Shown: positions 1 to 11,505 of the stretch, piece by piece
Layout of the letters: each line of letters starts with the position of its first letter
Numbering within the stretch: the first letter of the stretch is position 1
Assembly: GCF_009914755.1 (NCBI RefSeq)
Contig: NC_060926.1
DNA: 64,000 bases
Origin: the human T2T-CHM13v2.0 reference genome, Homo sapiens
Reading direction: 5' to 3' (one strand)
Translations under genes and position numbers: made by a program
Notes under the pieces: model-generated
Databases searched by the model: none
What the model was told of the DNA's origin: nothing
The model's input: the letters and a program-made list of their open reading frames with translations, nothing else

Positions 1-349
1 CTCTGACGATAAAACATGACATTTTTCTGCATAACTGTAGTAGGTACCTGATTTTATTGATGAGATTCTTTTGGTTGTAACAGAGACACAGAGATGCTGT
101 CTTGGGTAGCTTATCTTGGGATCCTCCCACCATTCGGAGCCATTAGAGCTAAATTTCTAAACTTCTTTTACTTGGCAGCAACCAGACTGTTTGATTTTTC
201 CACTTTTAATGGATGTTGCCTCAGTGCACTGACTGAATAATATGTTCCTGGGGTACCCTTATTTCCTAACATTTAAAAATGTTGTTTAAGTCTCATGACA
301 CATTACAAATTCCAAGCCCAGGCTCACAATGATCAGATTCTTTTTTTGC

Positions 350-375
350 TTGTTTGTTTGTTTGTTTGTTTGTTT
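350..375. repeat. (TTTG)n simple repeat
   Basis: Direct reading: tgtttgtttgtttgtttgtttgtttt. Confidence 0.9.
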
Positions 376-699
376 TGGATAGTTTACGGTGCACTATCAC
401 TTAGGTCAATTGAAAAGCTTTTCCTATGTTTTATTTAATTTCATTTTTTTTCTCTTTATGCACACCAAATCCCAACTCTAATATGCTTATTAGGGGATCT
501 TGTAGATCTATGTATCCCTAGCAGAATATAAGCACCATGAGAATGGCAATTATATCCTGGCAAATAGTACACATCTAACGTAGGTTTGGTTGTTGGAGAG
601 AGAAAGTGTAGGGGAACAGGGAAGAGACAGAAAGAAGTAACTGCCACAACATTGTATGTATGGCTACATCAATTGACACTCTCATCAACAGTTCTTGGC

Positions 700-1278
700 A
701 GCAACACTTGATTACAAATAACTTCTAATTTTTTGCCAATATGAAAGTAGTATTCTTGTTTTCTCTGATTACTAATGAGCCTGAGCATATCTTCAAATAT
801 ATGTCAACCAGCCTGGCTTCACCTGCAAATTAACATTTCTACCCCTTGCCCATTGTTTTCTGAGTTTCCTATAATTTTCTCGCTAATTTGAGAATTTGTT
901 TGCATATGCAAAATGATATTCTGCTGATTTGGAGTATTGCACACATTTTCTCTCAATCTCTGTGTGTTTGTACTGAAAAAAGCACTACTTTTAATGTAGG
1001 TAAACCCATAACTTTTCACATTATATTTTCTGTTTTCAGGTTTGTTTGAGACATCTTAATCCTCCACATCATTAGAAGGTAATTCCAACTATGATTCTAA
1101 TAGCTTTATAGTTTACCTTTTAAATTGAAGTCTTTAGTCCACTTGGAGTTTTAAAAAAATGGCATAAATTAAGCATCCCAAGCCACTTTTCTCCATGTAG
1201 TAAGGAAAATGTTTCCATCATTATCCGTAAGAAAATCTAGCCTTGCTTCACTTATTTGTGATGTCATATCTCTTATAT
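700..1278 (-). mobile_element. Old L1M (LINE-1) fragment, ORF2/3' region, antisense
   Basis: Degenerate antisense L1 motifs (tttctctgattactaatgagcctgagcat; gctttatagttt...gtctttagtccacttggagttt). Subfamily not resolved. Confidence 0.7.
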
Positions 1279-1578
1279 TGTTACCAGTAGAGGGTCTTGA
1301 CTGCAAATTGTCCAGGTTCTTGGAGTTTTGAACAAAGAATTGGGCAAAATACACAGCAAAGCAAGGAAAGAATGGAGCAACGAAAGCAGAGATTTATTGA
1401 CAGTGAAAGTATACTGCACAGGGTGGGAGTGGGCCGAGCAGCCACTCAAGGGCCCCCGATACAGAATCTTCTTGGGTCCAAATACCCTCTTGAGGTTTCC
1501 CATTGGCCACTTGTTGTTCACCCCATGTAAACGAAGTGGTGTTCTGCAATCAGTCTGATTGGTTGTGGAAAGCAACCC
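1279..1578 (-). mobile_element. MER51-type ERV1 LTR, 3' portion only
   Basis: tgttaccagtagagggt...tccaggttcttggagttttgaacaaagaattgg...gagatttattga...cccattggcc...tctgattggttg matches the reverse complement of the recalled MER51 3' end (polyA signal, CCAAT boxes). The 5' half is missing. Confidence 0.8.
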
Positions 1579-1601
1579 AAACCACTTTTCTCCGTGTAGT
1601 A

Positions 1602-1990
1602 TTTGAGTCATAAATATGTATTTTACGCTTTGGGATATAATCTATTTTATTTTGCTGTTCCAGTTGTTTCAGCTTTGCCAATTGGGTGTGATTTCAGTTG
1701 GCTTCTGTTTGACATACCCTCATCAATGTGAAATATCATTTTGTTATTTGTTTTTGTTTTTAGCACTTTTTAAACTTTCTAGTACTACAAGATTCTCTAC
1801 GTTCATCTTGTATACTTTCCACCCCTATCCCTAGTCCCTTTTATTGGATAATGGTATTAGAAAACAAGATATGGACTCTAGGTATATATGTTATGACTGA
1901 GTGTCATTTCTTTTAGGCCCTATCAGCTGACAGAGCAAAAAATTATATGTCAGTGTACTAATCTCTACATATATACATATCTATAAATAT
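1602..1990 (-). mobile_element. L1MC-type 3'UTR fragment
   Basis: Reverse complement reads gctctgtcagctgatagggcc...tttctaataccattatccaataaaaggg...tatacaagatgaac, like the recalled L1MC3/4 3'UTR. Confidence 0.7.
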
Positions 1991-1999
1991 ATAGATATA

Positions 2000-2317
2000 T
2001 AGTATGAATAGAGCCTACAAGACTAAAAGTAAAAGATATTGCACATTAGTACTATAATCTAGTTGATAAAGTTGTTTCCTATGGGAATACAGGTTAATAA
2101 TTCTGATACTGCTATACCAGGATATTGGAATTGAACAATTTAGTAAATCAGTGGGGAACGATGAGAACCAGATTTTTCACATTTGTTGAACCAGATTTCT
2201 CACTATTTACAGATTAGGAGGGGATTGATCTACATAGTAATGGATTCATTTTAGAGACATCATTAAGAATTCATGTTTTATTTAGTGTAGATGAAATGGT
2301 TACATATAGAAATATTT
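2000..2317 (+). mobile_element. L1MC-type 3'UTR fragment, inverted relative to its neighbour
   Basis: gataaagttgtttcc...aattctgatactgctatac...gagaaccagattt...gagacatcattaagaattcatgttt...atggttacatatagaaatattt. Confidence 0.7.
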
Positions 2318-4119
2318 TTTCTTTTTTATTTCTTTGGGTTTATTTTCATTGTTCTTTTCAATATTTCTGAGTAAAATATTTAGCTCATATCATATTTTTA
2401 TTGTTTCCTGTTTTCTGGTAGATGTACTTGAAGTTTTTCTTTGCTTTTTAAAAATACTGCTTTAACTACAATTCAACAATTTGGCATTGGGCTATAAGTC
2501 ATTATTTCCCTCATGAAGTGTTTCTTATCTCAAAGATATTATTTTTAAGTGTTCAAATACATGATATTTTATATTGCTTTTGATTCTTACTTCATTTTTC
2601 ACAGAATACATAGTCATAGGGGAATGGCTCACCCATACTACTCTGGTGACCTTTAATATATTCACTAGGCAAAAGCTCGAAATACAGTTTATCTGAATCT
2701 TGGCAGCACATCTTATGGTATCACCAGACTTGAGAGTGTGGGAGACCCCTAAGGAGCTGCTGTGAGGCCATCTCCCACTTACCTCTTTATCTGCCATGGA
2801 AGGCTATTGTAAGAATGTTTCATCACATCCTGGATCTGATGAGTTAGGGGCTTTCTGCTCCACCTTCTTCAGAATAGAACTGCAGAATATAAAGCCCTTT
2901 CACTGCAATCTAGATTTGGCTCCTAAACAAAATGGCAGTCACTCAGCCCCTAAAAGTGGATCTTCGCAGCTTTACCAGTTGAAATTGTCAGGCCTTGTCT
3001 TGTCTTTTGTATGTGTGTGTGTGTGTGTGAACCTCTATCATATTCTTTTAAATTTAATATTTAGTATAAATCAATTTTGTCATATTTTGTGTATGCATCA
3101 AAGTAATATATAATCTAAAGTCTATAAAAATTAATTTTAGCTTATTATGCTTAAATGCACTTTAATCTTCCATATATTTGCTTATGTCTGTGTCATCAGT
3201 CTTAGCATGAGATGGAGTATATCAAAATCCCCCACTGTATTTGTTGATTTCTATGTTTCTGCTAGATGTTCTATCAAATTTTGCTTTATATATTTTTGGA
3301 GCAAAATATTATTTATATTTACCTTAAATTTTTAGATATTGTTGACACACCTTTTTTCTTATACCAGTATATCATGCTTTTTTGTTTTTTATCAAAAATA
3401 TTTCTTTCTTTTGGTTACTATTTTTTTGTTATATCTTTTCCTTGATTTTAGGATAAACAAATTTATCAAAGGAATATGTGTATTTGTTTAGTAATATGAA
3501 AAAGATTATTTTATTTCCTGATTTCCTTCTATCCCTAACTTCCATTTTCATGAGACAAATACTTTGAACTGTTTCAGCTATTTCTTCTGGTATTTACTTT
3601 CAAATTTCTATACAACCAATTTATTCTGGTATTTCTTATAGGTAGACAAGAATTTAGTTCTCCCACAAAACCTCCAAGACCTCTCCTCCACCAAACATAC
3701 AAACACATAAATTTGCTAAGTGTCTACATTGACTTCCTAAAATTTTCAATTTGCATTGTGTAATTTCACCTACATTTTAATAATTATGTAACTAACATCT
3801 AAAATAAGAATTTGGATGTTGTTACATTCCTTTTTACACACTTTATTTATTCTTGAATTAACATGTGCTTTATTTTTCTGCGTGACTGAGACAACCCCAA
3901 ATTTTCTCAGAAAGTATTAAAAGTCTCATCTGAATACATACAAATATACCCTTTTTAAATTTATTAGATTTTCTTCTTGGAGTCTTGCCCTCTAGAACGA
4001 GATGCTGTTTGAGCAGCTTTCTTCGAAGTCCCCACTTCATCATCTTCCTTGAAAGTGACTTTTCATCTCTCCCTTCTCTTGCATTAAGTTTTGTATTTCT
4101 GTATTTATCCTTCTAAGTG

Positions 4120-4664
4120 ATCTGATAATCTATTACTGCAAAACAAACCATTTCTAAACATAGTGGATTGAAATAAATATTTCTTTTTTTTCCCTATTTT
4201 GAAGGTCAAGTATTAAGGAAGGGCTTTACTACGACATTTGTCTGTGGTGTACCCAGTGCCAACCGAAATAGCTTGGGCTTAATGTTCTACATCCAAAATG
4301 GTTTCTTCACTCATATATTCATTACTGCAATGTCCCTTGGCCTTTCCTACATTCCACATAGTTTGCCATTCTCCATTGTCTTTCCCTGTAGCTTGGTCTC
4401 CTCATAGCATGGTGGTCTGAGCACTTCTCACATGACAGATGGTTTCTGAAGTGGCAGCTGCCAGACCAGTTAAAGGTCATTCATGGAGCTTTCATGCTTC
4501 ACTTATATAATATTTTATTAGTCAAAGCAGTCACAGAGCTTGTCAGATTGAAGTGGGTATAGAAATAGACTCTGACTCTTGATGAAGGAGTGGGAAGTTC
4601 GTATTGCAGAGAGCACATAAAATAGAAAATACTTTGATGACCTGCTTTGGAAAATTTGCCATAC
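4120..4664 (-). mobile_element. MLT1H-like MaLR solo LTR
   Basis: ccaaaatggtttcttcactcat, ctcatagcatggtggtct, attagtcaaagcagtcacagag, aatagactctgactcttgatg and terminal ggaaaatttgccataca are MLT1H-like motifs on the minus strand. Confidence 0.75.
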
Positions 4665-5164
4665 ATAGTTTATTTCTTCATTTTATGGAGCACAGTATCA
4701 TCTAGTGACTTCTAAGTAAAGGCATATTGAAAGTAAAAATTTTGAGAACTTTCTTAATTTCAAAATTACTTTTTCCTAATGTTTGCTAATTTAGCTAGGT
4801 ATAGAAGGGTAGATTGAGCATCATTTACTCTTAATGTTTTAAAGACATTGCTTTATTATTTTTTAGATTTTCTGGGCTGCTCTCTGGATGTCCAGTGCCA
4901 ATGATTTCTGATGGTTTTGTGTAATTTTTCTCTTCCATATAGCTTTTGATTTTTTCTCCCTTTTGTTCTAATTTTCATGATGATCTGTCTTAATGTGCTT
5001 CTATTTTTATTCATTGACCTAGATCATTTATTGTTCTGTTTATCTTGGAAACACATATTTCTTAGTTCTAGGATATGTTATTAATTCTTTCATAACTTTC
5101 TCCCCAGACTTTAAAAAGTAATTTTATGGAAGGAAAAGACTTAAAAAAGTAAAAAAGTCATAAG

Positions 5165-6044
5165 AATGTAGCTTGCTTGATAGATTTTTACAAAATTAAC
5201 ATGCCTATGTAACCAGTATCCAGATCAAGAAACAGTGCATTGTTAGCATGCCAAAACCCCTTTGCAACTCCTTCCAATCATTAAACCCCAGACAGTAGCC
5301 ACTATCCTAACTTCTAACACTGTATAGATACATTTGTGTCTATTTGTGAACTTTACATATGTGGAATCATACAGTATGCATTCTTTTGTATCTGGCTTAT
5401 TTTGCTCAGCTTTGTATTTGTGGTATTCATACATGTTGTTAATTATAGTTTTGGCTTGTTAAATCTCATTGCAGTAGAATATTTCCTTTTATACATATGC
5501 CACAAAATATTTGCACACTTTACCATGGATAGACAACTAGATTTCTTCATTTTTTGGGCTACTACCTATAGGACTGCTACAAACATTATTTGTCTATTAG
5601 TGGACATATTTAAGCATTACTGTATGTAATGTTGTATGTAATCCTGTTTCTTTCAAACAATATTATATTTTTCACCCTTCACAATTAGATTTATGATCCA
5701 CCTGGAATATGTGTGTGTGTGTGTGGGTGTGTGTGTACATTTTAAGGTAGACAGCAAAATTCCTTTTTCTTCCTTCTGTGGATATTCCATTTCCCAGCAC
5801 AGTTTTATTGAAAAGACCACTTTTTCCCCAGTTCTCTGCAAAGTCATTTTCTTAAAATCATAAATAAACAAATGTGTTTTGCACTTCTTTTTGTTCTATT
5901 CAGCGTTTATCTATCTTTGCATCAATTTCCCAGTATTTTAATTATCATTGCTTTGTAAAAAGGGCTTATCTTAATATCTGATACAATATGGTCGTTTTTT
6001 AATTGCCTTTGAGTTTTTGTAGAAATGTAGAAGCAACCTGTCAG

Positions 6045-6075
<31 letters not shown>

Positions 6076-6980
6076 ATTCTGTATTTTTTATTGGAAATGG
6101 CTTTTATCCATGGAACAAGTTGGAAATAGTTGATATATGAGAGTTGATATATGAGAGTTGATAGAGTTCCAATCCGTGAGCATCAGATATCTCTCCATCT
6201 ATATAGAACTTCTTTAATTTATCTTGTTAATATGTGTAGGTTCGATGTCTTGCATACTTTAACTGAATTTTTCCTTGTTTCACTTTTTTATATTATTGAC
6301 AAATTTTCACTTCCCATATGCTTATTGCTAGCATTTAGAAATGCAATTAATTTTTGTATATTTACCTTATATATAGTTACTTTGCTACATATACTACCCT
6401 GCCAAAGAGTCTGGATGTTCTGCATACACAAAGATGCCATCTGCAAAACTAATTTCTTGCTTTGTGAACTAATGTCTTTTTGTCCTTGACTTCTTTTTTG
6501 TTTCTTTTTCTCTTTCTTTTTTTTCTTGATTTCTTTAGTTGCTGGGATTTTAGTACAATGTTTTCTGCAGGCAGTGATAGCGTGCATCCTTCTCTTGTTC
6601 TTGATCTCTATGGAAAATCTTTCAATAAATTTATCATTAATTATATAATTATAATTATATTAATTTAATTATATTATTTTAATTATAATATTTTTTAAAG
6701 ATGTAGCTTTTAAAAGGCATTCTTTATCAGATTAAGAAAGTTCTTTTGCATTCCTCACTTGCAAAGAATTTTTATTATAAACGGGTGTCAAATTTTATTA
6801 ATTTTCTCTGCATCTGTAGAGATGATCCTATATTTCTTCTTTTCTCTGATGATATGTTGAATTGAATTGATTTTATCTCAGGGCTATTTTAGCTGTTCCC
6901 CAAAAGTTTTGATATATAATATTTTAAATTTAATTTAGTTCAAAATAATTTCTAACTTTCAATTGTATTTCAAAAAACAT
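5165..6980 (-). mobile_element. L1ME/L1MD-type LINE-1 (3' end and ORF2 remnants)
   Basis: atgtaaccagtatccagatcaagaaacag, actatcctaacttctaacac, ggaatcatacagtatgcattcttttgtatctggctt, ttcccagcacagttttattgaaaagacc, gcatccttctcttgttcttgatct. Confidence 0.8.
6049..6074. repeat. (AC)13 microsatellite
   Basis: Direct reading. Confidence 0.95.
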
Positions 6981-7320
6981 TGATTGAATATTTCACTGAA
7001 ATTATTGTTTTTGGAGTACATGTGATAAATGTATTGTTATAGCATTATACAAAATTCCTTATATTTTAGTCACATATTCTGAAATCTGCACGGATGAAAT
7101 GCTGTGATGCTAAGAATTTGCTTTGAAATAACATGGGAGCAATAGAAAATAAAACTATTTGTTAGCTCTAAACTTAACTACACTCTTCTAATATTCAGAT
7201 TCTAAATATGCCATTGACTATGAGCTCATAATACAAGTAGATAAGAAAGATGAACCTTTAATAATGATGATAGGAACCAATTAAACTAGACCTGTGTATG
7301 TACATATGTGTGTGCTGTAT

Positions 7321-7346
7321 ACACACACACACACACACACACACAC
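7321..7346. repeat. (AC)13 microsatellite
   Basis: Direct reading. Confidence 0.95.
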
Positions 7347-7354
7347 CGAGAGAC

Positions 7355-7540
7355 AGACCAAGTCTGAGTTCAATATACTTTAATTCAGTTTTAAACTTAA
7401 TAAGTTAAACTTTTAAGGTTGTATTCTCTTCATTTATGAAAAGATTATAAATCTTTCAGTGGATTATAAAGATTAAATGAAATTCCGCACCTGAAGTTTT
7501 AACATCATTCTTGGCATATGGTATGTACCCAATAAAACTG
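7355..7540 (+). mobile_element. MIR fragment
   Basis: tctgagttcaat...taagttaaacttt...ctcttcatttatgaaaag...aagattaaatgaaat...ggcatatggtatgtacccaataaa. Confidence 0.6.
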
Positions 7541-8144
7541 GTCTTTACTTTACTACTAAGAGGATTGTAAGCTTGGCTTCAAGACAAAACATCAGGAAAA
7601 AGCTTCTCTTTTGTTGAATATGAAGAAATCCTAGTAACCTGTAGCTTTCTTCTGAATGTGTATAATGAAGTTTGAATATAGATTTGCTATACTAAAAAGT
7701 CTCTTTCCAGAACAAGTATAGGAAATACTTATTTAATTATGTTTTAAAACCTTAGGCAGTCCCTTAATGAGGCTCAGCTTAAGCTACAAAGGCTTTTGGA
7801 GGAAACAGGGAGTTGAACTCAAAAATTTAGATCACTTCGTATGTTGAATGCCATGGAGTGAGGTTGGGGAGATGACCCCTGGGGAGACACACATTTTCTG
7901 TTGCTGTCCTCAATAACAAACCAAACAACAGTAGAGGTACTGTGGGTGTATAGATTTTAAAGAACCCAAATATACTCTTGCAGCTCATACAAATATGTTT
8001 AGAGATAAATCCATATTAGATATAAGTAGCCCTTTTACTCATATGCTTGGGATTTCACTGATTCTCGTAATACCACCCAAAGGTAGAATTTTAACTCACT
8101 CAGGGATCAAACTAGTGTTAGGAATATGATGTACAGTATTTTAG

Positions 8145-8265
8145 AATAATAATATTTTAGAGGTGACAATTTAGAGATCATCTAGTCCACGCACTGCAAT
8201 TAAAAGTTAGAAAACCATTGCACAGAGAGGTTAAGTGCTTTGTAAAAGGTTGCACATCAAGTTAA
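8145..8265 (-). mobile_element. MIR fragment
   Basis: ttagagatcatctagtcc...gcacagagaggttaagtgctttg...aaggttgcaca. Confidence 0.65.
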
Positions 8266-8759
8266 CCACTAATCATGGAATCATTAAAAAAGAAAAAGTC
8301 ATCACTAATTTAAATTTATAGTTGGAAAATTTAGAACTGGATTTGGCTTTTGAAATTACCTTGTCATCCCTTCTCATTCTGTGGATAAAATAACTATGGT
8401 CGGTAGACCATAGTTTAGCAGCCCTGGGATTTGCAATCACACCTCTCACAACCAGTCCACAGCTCTTCTCTCCATGCTATGTGGCCTCAGCTTTTCAGGC
8501 ATGTCTGTGACACAATGATGTTAGTTGGGAAATATAATTGATATGGCATAGCACAAGATGTAACTATAATTATAACCACAATTGTTTTATGATTGTTACT
8601 GATACAGAGAATTAAATAGTGTTTTACTCAGATATTTGAAAAAAAGAGCTATTTCTACCCTATCACTTGCTGCCAGGTGTAGTCTCCTTTGTGGCACTCA
8701 CTTTATATTTCTGTTTTTTACTTTACTCTTCCTTAAAAAAAAGAAATTCCCATTATATT

Positions 8760-8773
8760 GTTACCATGGAAAT
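8760..8773. promoter_or_regulatory. RFX X-box-like motif
   Basis: GTTACCATGGAAAT differs from GTTNCCATGGNAAC only at the last base. Motif only. Confidence 0.3.
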
Positions 8774-9232
8774 TGTTCTCTTCTCCATCAATTTTCCCAG
8801 TCATTTGAAGCTATTTCTATTATGGAATATATTCCAGGCATCTTTAATTCTTAAGGGAGAGCTTACACACTTTAAGTGTTAATGCTGAATTTATATTTTC
8901 CTGTTTCCATTGAATGCACTTTCCTCACACTAAAAGCTTACCACACCCATAGAATCCCTATTTTAAATGAATGCCATTCATTACACACAGTCTCCTATAG
9001 GTGTCACTATACACCATATATTAAAAGAACTAACGCAATGCCTTTTACTCGACAAATAGATTTTTTGACAAAACTATATTGCATTAAGGCTGATCAGATT
9101 ATGTCCGTGATTCTCTGTGGTTTCACATAATAAGGTCTAGGCTGACACTGTAAAAATTTGCAATGACATTAACAAAACAAATGACTTACACTGAGATTCT
9201 CACTCTCTAAGTAATATATGCACTGTCCTTTA

Positions 9233-9448
<216 letters not shown>

Positions 9449-10119
9449 AACTGTATTTAAAGTAGGAATATTTAGTATTTGACTTTCAAGTATTATGTGC
9501 CTATCTTACAAGTTTACATATTGGATTATTTCCCTTTAGAGTTTTAAATGAAAGCACTGATCACATGCTTTTGTGGCCAATGGTGGTTGTCTGATGGCTT
9601 TCACTCACACAGCAGATTCAAGAAAATGACTTCTGCATGAAATTGATGAAAAGTACTTTCAAGACCTCATTTAGAAACTTCATTCCAGGATTGAGAAACT
9701 GAGCCTTATGGATGATAAATGACCTGGCCAAAGCCACAAATGAAAATATAGGCAGATTTCTACATCATAAGTGGTTTTATATTTTTCTTAGAAATGAAGA
9801 TCGAAGCCTAATTAAGAAGCTAGAGCAGCTAGGGAAAAAATGTTCAGAGCAAGCTTTGTACAACAATTATGTTGACAACCAAAGCCATAACAATATACAT
9901 ACTTATTGAGGACCTTATGCAACAGCTATATATGGATCATCTTGCATAATCCTCACAAGTATATTACATATTGTCTATTTAAAAAATGGAGTTGTTTGTT
10001 GGTAGTTATAAAGCAATATTGCTATAGTAGTGAGACACATGGGGACTAGTAAGATATAGATAATAATAACACTAGTAAAATATTTTTAACCACCTACTAT
10101 AGGCCAGGCAAATATAATA

Positions 10120-10345
10120 AAAGTAACATTTATTAATCACTTACATGCCAAGCATGGTGCTAGACTCCTTACACAATCACACAAATATGTTATCCTTAAA
10201 ACAGCTATGAAAAATAATTACTATTATTATTAATATTCATAAGAAGAAACAAGAATGTCAAGAGGACAAATAACTTGTATCAAGGTACCCATCCACTAGG
10301 AATTGGAGCTAACTTTGACTTCAAAATCTAGGCTCTTTAATGCAT
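10120..10345 (-). mobile_element. MIR fragment
   Basis: acatttattaatcacttacatgccaagcatggtgcta...aaataacttgtatcaaggtac...tgacttcaaaatctaggctctttaa. Confidence 0.65.
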
Positions 10346-11334
10346 CACAGGTAGCACTAGGCCTAGGATAGGTGCCAGGAGAAGGGGTAAATATATACAT
10401 ACACACACAGACACATACACAGATACACATACGTTCATACAATTATGTCAATATAAGTCTATGTATATATCTTATCTATAAGCAATTTTATACTAAATAT
10501 AATGAGTAAAATCAATAAATAATTCTAGAACTATGGAGTTGACTGTAGGAAAAGAAGTCAAACATTTAGTAACTAAGCATCTTAACCCGTAATTTTTTTT
10601 TTTTTTTTGGTCCTGGAAATGAAACACTCAAGAAAAACAAAATAAAGAAAAGAAAATAATTACTTATCCCTAAACAACAAGCTTAGGCTTTCCTTCTTCG
10701 GTGAAGGATAACAATAAAGATGGGAAGGGATACAGGAAAGAGGGAACAGCTACCTAAGGGTCCAGTGTTTATTCTCACTGAAGAAAAATGATGATTCTGG
10801 AATGTCCAGGTAAAAGTTACAGTTCATCAAAAGGATGAAAGTTAACAACAACAAAAAGTGGCAAAATTGCCCATTTAAAATCAGCCATCTCAGTAACCTG
10901 GATTAAGTTTAACTATACCAAAAATCACTAAATGACACAATGGTTCCTGCCACTTAAAGCTACTTTTTGAAAAATTGTTTACTTAGATGAAGAATAAGTT
11001 TATCTCCAGCGTGTCTTCCAAACTTCAAAACCAAGAATTTTGAGTAGTGTGGTTACCATTGTTTAATGTTAAAAAATAGCAATTTATTTATTTGTTTAAG
11101 CAATCATCTTCCATTAGTTTAAATACCAAAATCAACTGGTCCTTTGTCCCTCTGAAGTATTATTTTGCAGGATTTGCCAATATTGTGAGGGTATGTCACT
11201 GTTTGGGCTGTGTCATCAGGAACTACCACAGCACTGAAACAAGGAATGGATTAAAGACGGATTCAAATCCCAGCAAATGTTGAGGACAAACTTCCATTGA
11301 AATGCTAATATACATAGCCTCAGAATACACTAAA

Positions 11335-11505
11335 TGTTTCCTTGTACTGGCTCTGCCTCTTGCTAATTATAGAGCCCTGGGTAACTCCATCAATTTTCTG
11401 TGCCTCCTTTTCCTTATCTCTAAAATGCTATTAGCATGTACCTCATAGAATTGTCCTGATAATGTAAGGACTTAGAATAGTGCTGTGTGACCATTACTAT
11501 CATTA
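11335..11505 (+). mobile_element. MIR fragment
   Basis: ctggctctgcctcttgcta...ttctgtgcctccttttccttatctctaaaatg...tacctcatagaattgt. Confidence 0.7.

Noticed and set aside
899-912. Perfect palindrome TTTGCATATGCAAA (POU MORE-like)
   Set aside because: It lies inside a decayed L1, and a 14-bp AT-rich palindrome is expected by chance in 64 kb.
1273-1611. Overlapping ORFs of 76-112 aa
   Set aside because: They lie within the MER51 LTR, which is non-coding.
6128-6163. Short tandem duplications (14-bp unit here; also 2165-2203, 20401-20422, 34408-34435)
   Set aside because: Ordinary slippage duplications with no spacers. They are not CRISPR-like or functional arrays.
6635-6692. AT-only quasi-palindromic stretch
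   Set aside because: Low-complexity expansion inside an L1, far shorter than translocation-type palindromic AT-rich repeats.
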